Positions 1-8,628 of a stretch of 64,000 bases of DNA are shown here, piece by piece; the first letter of the stretch is position 1; every line of letters starts with the position of its first letter. The position numbers and the translations under genes are program-made. Under the pieces are notes generated by a model that did no database searches, was not told where the DNA came from, and was given only the letters and a program-made list of their open reading frames with translations. The stretch is from an uncultured Myxococcales bacterium (GTDB lineage Bacteria; Myxococcota; UBA727; JABDBI01), in assembly GCA_964493205.1 (NCBI GenBank), contig CAZBMJ010000002.1, forward strand, positions 50,238-114,237. The letters run 5' to 3'.

Positions 1-605
1 ATTCTTTTACATAAATTTACATAACTTAAATATTCTGAAGTAGTAAAAGATTTTTCTTGTTTAGTTTTCTTGTCTTTATATGTTATAACATAATCTCTTT
101 TAGTAGATAAAACTTTTTTTATTATATTTATTTTATAAGGAGCAACATTTTGATCTTTTACTGCATCCTTTACACTATAAGTATATACAACTTTTAATCC
201 TAAAAGTTCTTCTATAGTTTTTATTTTAGAATATCCTTTAGGATAAGTTCCTGTCATACCTATAATTTTATTATATTTTATTTGAGATATATATTCATAA
301 TAAGGAAGTGTTAATCTATGAATTTCATCTAATACAACAAGATCAAAGTCTTTATTAGTATATTTTTTTAGAGATTGATAGCATATAACTTCTATATTAA
401 GTTTTATATTCCATTTTTCTACTTCTTCCTGTACTCCATTAATATTTACTGTATAAGGAACTACCCAAAGAACTTTTATTAGTTTTCTTTTTTGAGCATA
501 ATCTAAAATACAATACGTTTTTCCACTTCTAATAGACTTTATAACAAGACATTTCTCACAACTATCTAAACTTTCTTGACATTCAACTTGTGCTTTTGTT
601 AACAT
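1..605 (-). CDS. SF2 (DExH) helicase-like ATPase, N-terminal part; the gene runs off the window start. It is not in the ORF track because it is incomplete.
   Basis: Hand translation of the minus strand from ATG at 605-603 gives MLTKAQVECQESLDSCEKCLVIKSIRSGKTYCILDYAQKRKLIKVLWVVPYTVNINGVQEEVEKWNIKLNIEVICYQSLKKYTNKDFDLVVLDEIHRLTLPYYEY... Walker A-like SIRSGKT is followed ~60 aa later by motif II DLVVLDEIH. The open frame continues to position 1. Confidence 0.55.
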   Translation of the reverse strand, partial: MLTKAQVECQESLDSCEKCLVIKSIRSGKTYCILDYAQKRKLIKVLWVVPYTVNINGVQEEVEKWNIKLNIEVICYQSLKKYTNKDFDLVVLDEIHRLTLPYYEYISQIKYNKIIGMTGTYPKGYSKIKTIEELLGLKVVYTYSVKDAVKDQNVAPYKINIIKKVLSTKRDYVITYKDKKTKQEKSFTTSEYLSYVNLCKR

Positions 606-942
606 ATGTATTTAATGCTAAATCAATTATTCTATTACTTTTATCATGTCCTATATCATAATTTTCTATAACTAAATTATTTATATTACCACAATAAAAA
701 GGATATAAAATATTTTTTTGTTTCATTTTACCTAATACGAAAAATAGTATAGGATCAGGAACATTTTCTTTTAATACATGTTCTTTAAGATAAGGAATAG
801 TTACACCTGTATAACCTCCTCTTGCTGCCGCATTACTTGAAGGTGTGTCTAAAATTTTAAGAACTTCAGAATAACCCATACTACCTTGTACTGTATCAGT
901 AAAATAATCTATTAGTTTTTGTTCAATTTCCTCTATACTCAT
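583..942 (-). CDS. Hypothetical protein (119 aa). Its 3' end overlaps the helicase start by 23 nt.
   Basis: Complete ORF in the track. No recognisable motif. Confidence 0.4.
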   Translation of the reverse strand: MSIEEIEQKLIDYFTDTVQGSMGYSEVLKILDTPSSNAAARGGYTGVTIPYLKEHVLKENVPDPILFFVLGKMKQKNILYPFYCGNINNLVIENYDIGHDKSNRIIDLALNTYVNKSTS

Positions 943-1345
943 GGTATTTGGTTTTAATAATTAATTTTTTTGATTTTCTAATTTTTTTAATGAATTCTCT
1001 ATCTGTAGCAGTTTTTGGATTAAAAAAATAAAGAACATTTGTATCTCTTTTTTCTTTATTAAATTTAATAACAAAATTTAAATTATCTTTAGAAACTTCT
1101 TTAATACTGGTTTTAGAATAAGCTTCCAAAATAGAGTCAATATTATTAGGGTATTTCTCATCTTCACAACGATTTAAAATTGATGAAATAATTAAGTGTT
1201 TGTCTATAATAGGACAATCACCACACTCTGCTTGTAATACAGAAGCTAATAATATATCTTCATTAGAAACACTCGGTTCTCTAAAAGAATAATTACTAGC
1301 TTCTGTACTAAAAAATAAAAATATTACTATATTTAATAACTTCAT
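923..1345 (-). CDS. Secreted or exported hypothetical protein
   Basis: N-terminal hydrophobic signal-like segment MKLLNIVIFLFFSTEAS. 4-nt start/stop overlaps with both neighbours. Confidence 0.45.
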   Translation of the reverse strand: MKLLNIVIFLFFSTEASNYSFREPSVSNEDILLASVLQAECGDCPIIDKHLIISSILNRCEDEKYPNNIDSILEAYSKTSIKEVSKDNLNFVIKFNKEKRDTNVLYFFNPKTATDREFIKKIRKSKKLIIKTKYHEYRGN

Positions 1346-1629
1346 ACTTTTACACTTAAATGTTTATTAAGAAATTTATGTAAATATATAAAAAAGAACA
1401 CTGTAACATAAATAATTATTAAAGAGCTAAATATCAATGCGTCTTTTGATTCATTAAAGCTTTCTGTAATCATTAATACTGTGAAAAAAATTATTAAACT
1501 AATTATTGACCATATAATAATTATACCTTTTAAAATTCTTAGTGTAATGTCATAATAGTCAGTTAACCCCCAATAAATAAGAAATATTAATATAGGTAAA
1601 TAAAGAAATAAACTTCCTGGTATTTTCAT
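1342..1629 (-). CDS. Small two-TM membrane protein; member 1 of a tandem paralog family
   Basis: N-terminus MKIPGSLFLYLPILIF and C-terminus FLNKHLSVKV are shared with ORFs 2375, 2679, 3077 and 3430. Confidence 0.5.
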   Translation of the reverse strand: MKIPGSLFLYLPILIFLIYWGLTDYYDITLRILKGIIIIWSIISLIIFFTVLMITESFNESKDALIFSSLIIIYVTVFFFIYLHKFLNKHLSVKV

Positions 1630-2159
1630 TTTTTAATTTTTATAGGTTTATCAATAAAACTAATATCTACTTCAAATTGTTCTTCTTTAGCAGAAGGATT
1701 CCATTCATTACTTTGTGACTTAGGAAACTCTAAAAAGCTATTATCTTCTGTTTTAGGAGCTTCTAAAGCTAAAGGAAACTCTTTATTAAGAAATAATTTA
1801 ACTTCGCTTAAAGCAGCTAATCTGCTGTCTAATTGCAATTTAGATATGTTACCCATAGCTGTTTCTATAATAAGATTTTCAATAGCTCCATCAAAAGCTT
1901 CATACTTTCTGTTTATTGCGTCTTCTTTCTTTTCTTTATCTGTTCTAAAATCAATACTTATATAAGCATCTCCTGCAAATGAAGAAAATTCTAATACTAA
2001 ATATACCATTAAAGAATTAAGAGCTAATACTGATAAAGTTCCAAAAGCTGTTTCAGGTTTACTAATAAAAAGTAAGTTTACAAGAACTATTCCTGCAAAT
2101 CCTATAAGTTTTCTAAAATAGTTTTTAGAAAATAAATCTGTTTTAAAATTTCTCATCAA
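1626..2159 (-). CDS. Hypothetical membrane-associated protein (177 aa)
   Basis: Hydrophobic N-terminal half followed by an acidic C-terminal half. ATGA overlap with the downstream gene. Confidence 0.45.
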   Translation of the reverse strand: MMRNFKTDLFSKNYFRKLIGFAGIVLVNLLFISKPETAFGTLSVLALNSLMVYLVLEFSSFAGDAYISIDFRTDKEKKEDAINRKYEAFDGAIENLIIETAMGNISKLQLDSRLAALSEVKLFLNKEFPLALEAPKTEDNSFLEFPKSQSNEWNPSAKEEQFEVDISFIDKPIKIKK

Positions 2160-2412
2160 GATATCTATTTAATTTAGGTAAATTCTGAAAAAATAATCCA
2201 ACAATTGATAATACAAGTATAAATAGTTGCATCTCTATAAATAGCCTTTGAAATAGTTCTAAAACACTTAAATTTACTTGTGGACTAGCTGTACCTTTAG
2301 TAAATCCACCTATATAACTATAATATGTAACGGTTAAATATATAGGAACTAATATAAGTAACCAAAATTTAGTACTACCCTTCATGCTTTTTAATTGTAA
2401 AATAGTGATCAA
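2143..2412 (-). CDS. Small membrane protein (89 aa)
   Basis: Two predicted hydrophobic helices. Overlaps neighbours by 17 nt and 38 nt. Confidence 0.4.
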   Translation of the reverse strand: MITILQLKSMKGSTKFWLLILVPIYLTVTYYSYIGGFTKGTASPQVNLSVLELFQRLFIEMQLFILVLSIVGLFFQNLPKLNRYLDEKF

Positions 2413-2677
2413 AAAATAAAGTTATAAAATATAATAGAGAAGGTAACAAAAATAAAATAATTATAGTTGAAAAATCTTTTTTTATTAAATTTATTATATC
2501 AGTATAATTTTTAATTTTATAATCTTTTATAAGCTCTGAACCTGATATAAGCATTCCAATTGATAAAATTACATATGAAATTGAACCTATAATTTTAACA
2601 GTATAAGGAGCATTTATATATGCCATATATATTCCAAATAAAATTACTGGAATCCAAAAAAACCATCTACCTTTCAT
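2375..2677 (-). CDS. Small two-TM membrane protein; paralog family member 2
   Basis: N-terminus MKGRWFFWIPVILFG. C-terminus ...FTIKKHEG. Confidence 0.5.
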   Translation of the reverse strand: MKGRWFFWIPVILFGIYMAYINAPYTVKIIGSISYVILSIGMLISGSELIKDYKIKNYTDIINLIKKDFSTIIILFLLPSLLYFITLFFDHYFTIKKHEG

Positions 2678-2678
2678 T

Positions 2679-3080
2679 TTAATTAAGTTTAATTGTTAAA
2701 TGATTATCTAAAAATTTAAAAAGCATCATTAATACTGTATAAGGTAATTTAATAATCATTAAAATTAAAAATCCTGTTTTATAAAATATATTAGGATGAT
2801 GTATAACTCCTTTTAATATATCAATCTCTACATCTATATCATCTTCTCTACGTATATGTTCTATATCAGATTCTAATGTATTTTTTGATGCTATTTTTAC
2901 TAAAATATCAGATTCAATTGCACGATTAGGATATACACTTGCATAAATATGAAATATACAACTAAGACTAATAATAATATGTATACTTCCTAATACTAAT
3001 AATGTATTTGGATAATAACTCCATAAATACCATAATGCCCATATTATTAGAGGGATAATTAAAAAATATCTACCTTTCAT
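2679..3080 (-). CDS. Small two-TM membrane protein; paralog family member 3
   Basis: N-terminus MKGRYFLIIPLIIWAL. C-terminus FLDNHLTIKLN. Confidence 0.5.
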   Translation of the reverse strand: MKGRYFLIIPLIIWALWYLWSYYPNTLLVLGSIHIIISLSCIFHIYASVYPNRAIESDILVKIASKNTLESDIEHIRREDDIDVEIDILKGVIHHPNIFYKTGFLILMIIKLPYTVLMMLFKFLDNHLTIKLN

Positions 3081-3433
3081 ACTTTAATAGTTAAATGTTT
3101 GTTTAAAAATCTATTTATAACTATTATTAATAAATTAATTAAAATTAAAATATTAAATCTTGTAATAATTATATTAGATAATTGAAAATGATTATTTCCT
3201 CCTTTAAAATAAAAAATCATAGCATTACTTCTATTGTTAAAAGTATCATCATAATTATATTTATAATCATGTGAAAAACTATAACAAAAATAAATAATAG
3301 AAAAAATAGAGTATAAAAATAATAATACACCTCCTACTACTTTTAATGATTCTATAGGTATTGATGATAATATTGAAATTAAGGTCCATAAAATTATTGG
3401 AATCCATAAAAAATAACTTCCTTTAATTGTCAT
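3077..3433 (-). CDS. Small two-TM membrane protein; paralog family member 4
   Basis: N-terminus MTIKGSYFLWIPIILWTL. C-terminus FLNKHLTIKV. Confidence 0.5.
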   Translation of the reverse strand: MTIKGSYFLWIPIILWTLISILSSIPIESLKVVGGVLLFLYSIFSIIYFCYSFSHDYKYNYDDTFNNRSNAMIFYFKGGNNHFQLSNIIITRFNILILINLLIIVINRFLNKHLTIKV

Positions 3434-3726
3434 ACTTCAACTGTTAATTTTTTGTTAATATATATAAGTATATCTATTATCCATGCAATAGGTCGTAGTG
3501 TAAATAAATCTAAAGGTGACTCTGGTAATTTATCGAAAGTTCCTCTAAGTAATACTTCTATAAGCATAGAAAATGCTAATGTAAAAATTGATACAGGAAT
3601 AATTTCCCATGTTAATTCTATTTGTTCAATACTACAAACTATAAAATCATAATTAATATATCCTATCCATAATAAAATAGGAACAATTAAAAATATTATT
3701 CCTGGTATTTTAATTTTTTGTCTCAT
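3430..3726 (-). CDS. Small two-TM membrane protein; paralog family member 5
   Basis: N-terminus MRQKIKIPGIIFLIVPILLW. C-terminus INKKLTVEV. Confidence 0.5.
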   Translation of the reverse strand: MRQKIKIPGIIFLIVPILLWIGYINYDFIVCSIEQIELTWEIIPVSIFTLAFSMLIEVLLRGTFDKLPESPLDLFTLRPIAWIIDILIYINKKLTVEV

Positions 3727-3762
3727 ATTTAATTGTAAAAATGTTTGTGAAAAAATAAATTG

Positions 3763-4140
3763 TTAGTAACCTTCATAATAGTAAATTGTATATTGATTAG
3801 AAAATAATTTATGAAATATAATTTCGTTAGATTTAACTGTTATTTCATATTGTGTACCATCTCCCCATGCTCTATATACTTTTTCATTTTTTACATCTTT
3901 TTTATCAGTTATAACATACATTTTTATACGTTCTCCTGTATTATGATGTATTACACTATCATAAATATTTATTATATTTACTCGTAGATATCTAGGAGTT
4001 ACTAAAAAATTTTCTTGATACGCTAACGATGTACTTATATAGTTTTGTGTATTACCTATTATAGGTAATAGTAATAATAATAAAATTTTAAATTGTTTCA
4101 TATTTGACGATTTGATTAATAATCTTATAACACTCATCAA
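3763..4140 (-). CDS. Secreted hypothetical protein. The true start is probably the internal Met at ~4101.
   Basis: Signal-peptide-like MKQFKILLLLLLPIIGNTQ begins at residue 14. The upstream extension overlaps the polymerase C-terminal ORF. Confidence 0.45.
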   Translation of the reverse strand: MMSVIRLLIKSSNMKQFKILLLLLLPIIGNTQNYISTSLAYQENFLVTPRYLRVNIINIYDSVIHHNTGERIKMYVITDKKDVKNEKVYRAWGDGTQYEITVKSNEIIFHKLFSNQYTIYYYEGY

Positions 4141-4960
4141 TATACCATTGACGATTTAAATTTGGATATCTTTCTTTTTCTTTAATAATACGTTCTCCTT
4201 TTTTATAATCATATATATCTATTTTAGGTACATTCATTAGTAATGTAACAGGTGTTTGTGCCTGTACTGCTTGTATTGTACCTACTCTTTTTCCTCCTGT
4301 CCATAATTGAGATATAGTTTGAAAACCTCCAGCATAATATCTTATAAATCTACCATCAAATAACTCTGATGTAGCTACACCCTTATCAGGATGGTATTCT
4401 GTTAACATCCATTTATAAAGTTTACTTCCATTATTTCCATAACAAAACTCATGAATATTGTTTTCTTCATTAATAGTATCTTCTATAGGTATTCCTTCTA
4501 TGAAGAATTTCTTTAATGCTTTAGGAATTACTAAGGCACTAAAATCTTTATGATATTCTCCTGATTTTAGTAAATCATCATAATCTTGAAATATGTTTTT
4601 AGTTTTTATATTATTATATGTATCAATAGCTAAATAATTATTAACATCTTTGATAACCATTTTAGTATATTCTACATATTCATAAGGTATATCATCTATT
4701 TCTGTTAATTTATCAAATAAACTTATTGCTAAATCTAATTCAGATCTTTTTATTATAAAAGTAAGACCATCTGTATTAAACTGTAATGGATAAAAATGTG
4801 ATAAGTTAGATTCTAACATATCTACCATCATAGTTAACGTAAGCATACCATTAACAGTTGTACCTATAGTTGCTTTAGTATCATATAGAAAACTATATTC
4901 GCTATTTCCTAACGTATTGTTATCTCTAAGGCTCTTTATCCTTAGATTCTGCACTTTCAT
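4088..4960 (-). CDS. Family B DNA polymerase, C-terminal fragment (motif C plus thumb)
   Basis: YDTKATIGTTVNG resembles the Tx2GR region and LQFNTDGLTF resembles motif C (DTDS-like), downstream of motif B which ends the upstream ORF. A YYAGGF segment is also present. Confidence 0.6.
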   Translation of the reverse strand: MKVQNLRIKSLRDNNTLGNSEYSFLYDTKATIGTTVNGMLTLTMMVDMLESNLSHFYPLQFNTDGLTFIIKRSELDLAISLFDKLTEIDDIPYEYVEYTKMVIKDVNNYLAIDTYNNIKTKNIFQDYDDLLKSGEYHKDFSALVIPKALKKFFIEGIPIEDTINEENNIHEFCYGNNGSKLYKWMLTEYHPDKGVATSELFDGRFIRYYAGGFQTISQLWTGGKRVGTIQAVQAQTPVTLLMNVPKIDIYDYKKGERIIKEKERYPNLNRQWYIDECYKIINQIVKYETI

Positions 4961-5052
4961 TATAGAAGTTATATGTGCAGTCCAGACTATATCTTCATCC
5001 TATAAGGATGTTCCTTTTTCGTGGATAGATTATATTCTCTATAAGAGTTTCA

Positions 5053-6186
5053 CTATCTAGTCGTTACACCTTCATTGTTTGTTAACACAATGCTTGGCTC
5101 GGTATTACTTTCTTCTAAAGCTTTCACCGAATTTAAGGAATGTTTCATATTAGATTGCTCTAATAAGCGGCTGTATCTATAATACATGTTATTTTTTTGT
5201 CTTTGTTTAGTATTTACATTAATTTTAGGATTTATATCATGAATAGTGAGAAATAATATTTTTTTATTATCACCAGCATATTTAAATTGCAATCCTTTAT
5301 AATGTTTTACACGATTATTACAACAATTAGTAATATTTTGAACTTTTAAGTAGCTAATATCTCCAGTTCTAGAATTAGTATTTCTATCTAATATAGGAAA
5401 ATATTTTGGATATTTAATAGAATACTCTTGTATATCTATTGAACTTCTAAAAGTATTAATATATTTACCAAAAGTATCATATACTTCTATATAGGGAGTT
5501 CTGTTTTCTCTTGTTTTAATAGAAGATATCTTTCTAGCTTTTTTAAGTTCTTCAGAAATTGTTTTGGGAACTTTTAAATGATCAAATGTATAACCATTTT
5601 CTTTAGTTCTATTTTTAGAAGAATCTCTAGGAGTAATATAATATATTGCTAATTTCTTATATTTTTTAGGTACATCATCTACAGTTATTTCATTATTTTT
5701 TATTTTTTTTGAATAATTTATAGAAATATTTAAAGTTTCTTTAAAAGATTGTGCTCTTTTTTTATAAACTTCTTCTGAAAATTGATAACCTCCTGTTGCT
5801 TTAATATTAATATTGTAACTAAATTTTTTAGATATACATAAGTCATCTAAATATTTTTGTTCTCTATCGTGTAAAAATTCTAAATTATTAATTATTTCTA
5901 ATATTTCAAATTTAAAAATATTTTCTCCCCATTTATTATATGAAGATTGTAAATAATAATTTTTATGTTTTCCATTTTTTAGGTCTCTAGAATGCTCATT
6001 AAATCTATCTTTAAAAGATCTTCCTGTAGAGCCTACATAAATTTTATTGTTTTTTAAATTTGTAATTTTATAAATACCAAATTTTTCAAAATTGTCTAAA
6101 TTATCTACTATCATTTTATTATTTTTTATTACCACAAAGGTAATAAAAATAATTGTAAATATAGCGTAATAATTAAATTTTAACAT
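5053..6186 (-). CDS. GIY-YIG homing endonuclease inserted between the two DNA polymerase fragments
   Basis: FGIYKITNLKNNKIYVGSTGRSFKDRFNEH matches GIY-(N10)-YVG...R...H. The ATG lies 2 nt after the stop of the polymerase N-terminal ORF. Confidence 0.85.
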   Translation of the reverse strand: MLKFNYYAIFTIIFITFVVIKNNKMIVDNLDNFEKFGIYKITNLKNNKIYVGSTGRSFKDRFNEHSRDLKNGKHKNYYLQSSYNKWGENIFKFEILEIINNLEFLHDREQKYLDDLCISKKFSYNINIKATGGYQFSEEVYKKRAQSFKETLNISINYSKKIKNNEITVDDVPKKYKKLAIYYITPRDSSKNRTKENGYTFDHLKVPKTISEELKKARKISSIKTRENRTPYIEVYDTFGKYINTFRSSIDIQEYSIKYPKYFPILDRNTNSRTGDISYLKVQNITNCCNNRVKHYKGLQFKYAGDNKKILFLTIHDINPKINVNTKQRQKNNMYYRYSRLLEQSNMKHSLNSVKALEESNTEPSIVLTNNEGVTTR

Positions 6187-6190
6187 ATAT

Positions 6191-7348
6191 TTAACTACCG
6201 TAGGAACTATTTAATATAATTTTTAAGCAATGATTAATAATAGGATGTGTTTTCTTACTATATTTTTTTCTCTCATTAAAAGTATTTAAAAGAAATTTAC
6301 CATAACTTTCACCTAAATGAGCAGGCACTCTACCATGTTTCATAGCAAAATGAGGATAATATGAAACTTTATCCCAATCTAAAATTATATATTCTTCACT
6401 ACTTTGATATATACCAGGTTTTGTACTAAAATGTAGACCTCCAGCAGCATATACTATTTCACCATCATAATAAGGAATAATTTTACTAATTTGATTTTTT
6501 AAATTAATAAGTTTTTTATTACTATCAATATTAGATTTTATACTTGCATCAAGAGTTATATTTTTATAGAAATCTAAAGCAGATTTCAATACTGGATTAA
6601 CAAATTTATATTTATTAATATATGGTAATATTACTTCAGAAATAGCTATTTTTTCATTATATGTTTTCAGTTTTTTGACATCTGTTTCACTGATATTTAA
6701 ATCATAAGATAACTGTTTAACCATATATTTTTTAGCTATATCTGGTTCTGTAGAGTTAAGAAGATCTATTTTATTAAAATCTCCAAAATCTATTCTAAGT
6801 TTAAGTAGTTCTTTTGTAAATTTATATACATCTACAGTAGTTTCTACATCATATTTACAATATTTAACAATTTCTTCATCTTGTTTTTCTGTAAGTATAA
6901 GGTCATTAAAATGATAAGGTAAATCTTTAATAGATTTCTTCCTTAAAGAAAATTCTAATTTTTTTAATGATGTAGTTTTAGCACTACGAGGTCCAAAATT
7001 ATTTATAGACATTAAATCTATAGTCTTGTTGCAAAACTCTGATTCTCTATATATGGGCCACTCAGCACCTATATACTCATCATTAAAAGCTTTTATACCT
7101 TCATTGTTTATTGAAGGTCTCTTTGTAATATAAGTTAATATATTCATATCATAAAAAGAATTGTAACCCACAAAGTAAGTATCTTTTTCTTTTATAAGAT
7201 AGTTTTTTAACTTGTCTAATTCATTTATTTGAGTTACTCCATTTACTGTCCATAGTTTAAATGTTAAATATTCCTTGTTATAAGGATCATAAAACACTAC
7301 TAGAAAGTAATTAGGATATACTTCGCAGTCTAGGAAGATTAATCTCAT
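6191..7348 (-). CDS. Family B DNA polymerase, N-terminal fragment (3'-5' exonuclease domain plus palm motifs A and B)
   Basis: Exo I IFLDCEV; Exo II-like YNSFYDMNIL; Exo III YCKYDVETT. Motif A-like LDWDKVSYYPH (DxxSLYPS). Motif B KIILNSSYGS is followed directly by the stop codon. Confidence 0.75.
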   Translation of the reverse strand: MRLIFLDCEVYPNYFLVVFYDPYNKEYLTFKLWTVNGVTQINELDKLKNYLIKEKDTYFVGYNSFYDMNILTYITKRPSINNEGIKAFNDEYIGAEWPIYRESEFCNKTIDLMSINNFGPRSAKTTSLKKLEFSLRKKSIKDLPYHFNDLILTEKQDEEIVKYCKYDVETTVDVYKFTKELLKLRIDFGDFNKIDLLNSTEPDIAKKYMVKQLSYDLNISETDVKKLKTYNEKIAISEVILPYINKYKFVNPVLKSALDFYKNITLDASIKSNIDSNKKLINLKNQISKIIPYYDGEIVYAAGGLHFSTKPGIYQSSEEYIILDWDKVSYYPHFAMKHGRVPAHLGESYGKFLLNTFNERKKYSKKTHPIINHCLKIILNSSYGS

Positions 7349-8040
7349 ATCTTTCTATTTGTATATTGTAAAAATTTTATTATTTTTAATTTATCATAGT
7401 GAATATAATTATCACTTTTATTTTTATATATCCATATAAATCCTTTATATGTGTTTTTATAACCTGAACAACAAGAACTAATAGAACTTAATTTAAAATC
7501 GGGATGATCTTGATTAATTTCTTTTCTAGAAGAATATTGTTTTATAATATTTCTATTAATATCGCATTTTAAAATATAATATTTACTTTGAGAATTAGCA
7601 ATTTTTAAATAGTAATCATTTAATTCTTTTTTCGTAAATTTAGAATATCTTTCTTTTAATCTTAATCTATTTAAATTTTTAGTAGATTCTCTAACTATAT
7701 TACATTCATTACTATTATCTTCTTTACAATTATATCCATATAAAGAATTAGTTACATTATATTTTTTCATATAATGTAATTCTAACTGTTTAAGTAAATT
7801 TTCATCATATTCACTAATAGAAACTAATACATAATATTTGAAATTTTCTATACCATATTTATTTACAGAATTTAATAAATACTGATTTTCTTTCTTACTA
7901 TTATATTTAAAACATGCATTATGAGTAGAAATTCTTTGATAAATATTCTTACTCTGTCCTATATATTTCTTGTTATTTATAGTATTTTCAATACAATAAA
8001 TACCACTTTTATATCTATCTTCTTTTTTTAATTTTAACAT
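7345..8040 (-). CDS. GIY-YIG homing endonuclease
   Basis: SGIYCIENTINNKKYIGQSKNIYQRISTHN. ATGA overlap with the polymerase N-terminal ORF start. Confidence 0.85.
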   Translation of the reverse strand: MLKLKKEDRYKSGIYCIENTINNKKYIGQSKNIYQRISTHNACFKYNSKKENQYLLNSVNKYGIENFKYYVLVSISEYDENLLKQLELHYMKKYNVTNSLYGYNCKEDNSNECNIVRESTKNLNRLRLKERYSKFTKKELNDYYLKIANSQSKYYILKCDINRNIIKQYSSRKEINQDHPDFKLSSISSCCSGYKNTYKGFIWIYKNKSDNYIHYDKLKIIKFLQYTNRKI

Positions 8041-8066
8041 TATAGCATAATTTTTTATATTTTATT

Positions 8067-8315
8067 TTACCACCACCAAGAATTTAATATTGTATTAATA
8101 TTTAAGTTTATAATATCTATACTATTAATATTACCTATATATTCATATCTATTATAGTTAGTATTGTACATTATTTTATTATCTTTAGTAAATTTACTAC
8201 CATAATAATCTTGAAAGGCATATACATTACGATTTATTATATAAATAATAGCAGGTTTATTTTTATAAATAACTTCTTTTAAATGAAGATCCTTTGTTAA
8301 TTCTACCACCACCAA
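8067..8315 (-). CDS. WWW-terminated small protein, member A. The translation initiates at a non-ATG codon.
   Basis: Ends NSWWW-TAA. The ORF-caller start is TTG. No in-frame ATG precedes the family-conserved segment IYIINRNVYAFQDYYG. Confidence 0.5.
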   Translation of the reverse strand: MVVVELTKDLHLKEVIYKNKPAIIYIINRNVYAFQDYYGSKFTKDNKIMYNTNYNRYEYIGNINSIDIINLNINTILNSWWW

Positions 8316-8623
8316 TCATTTAGTTTTGTTAATAATTCAATATATCTTATATTATTAGGCACAAGTTCATAAGAATATTCATAGTTATATTTTTTATACA
8401 TTTTCTCACTATCTTGATTACCTTCTCGTTCATTTTGGAAAATAAACCATCTTCTACAAGATTTATCATAATATAACAATCCTTCGACCTTTGTTAGCTT
8501 ACTTGTTAATACTCCTATAATACAAGATACTGTAGACAAATGATTTTCTATAGTTAAATCTTTAAATTCCATAAGTAAAAATTTAAAATAAAAAAGACCC
8601 TCTGTTACGAGGGCCTTTTTCAT
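8303..8623 (-). CDS. WWW-terminated small protein, member B. The likely start is the internal Met at ~8572.
   Basis: Ends NDWWW-TAG. Contains YYDKSCRRWFIFQNE. The first 17 codons coincide with the upstream terminator hairpin. Confidence 0.5.
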   Translation of the reverse strand: MKKALVTEGLFYFKFLLMEFKDLTIENHLSTVSCIIGVLTSKLTKVEGLLYYDKSCRRWFIFQNEREGNQDSEKMYKKYNYEYSYELVPNNIRYIELLTKLNDWWW

Positions 8624-8626
8624 TTG
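8596..8626 (-). terminator. Rho-independent terminator downstream of gene 8629..9120
   Basis: Minus-strand RNA reads GGCCCUC-GUAACA-GAGGGUC followed by UUUUUUAUUUU. Confidence 0.7.
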
Positions 8627-8628
8627 GA

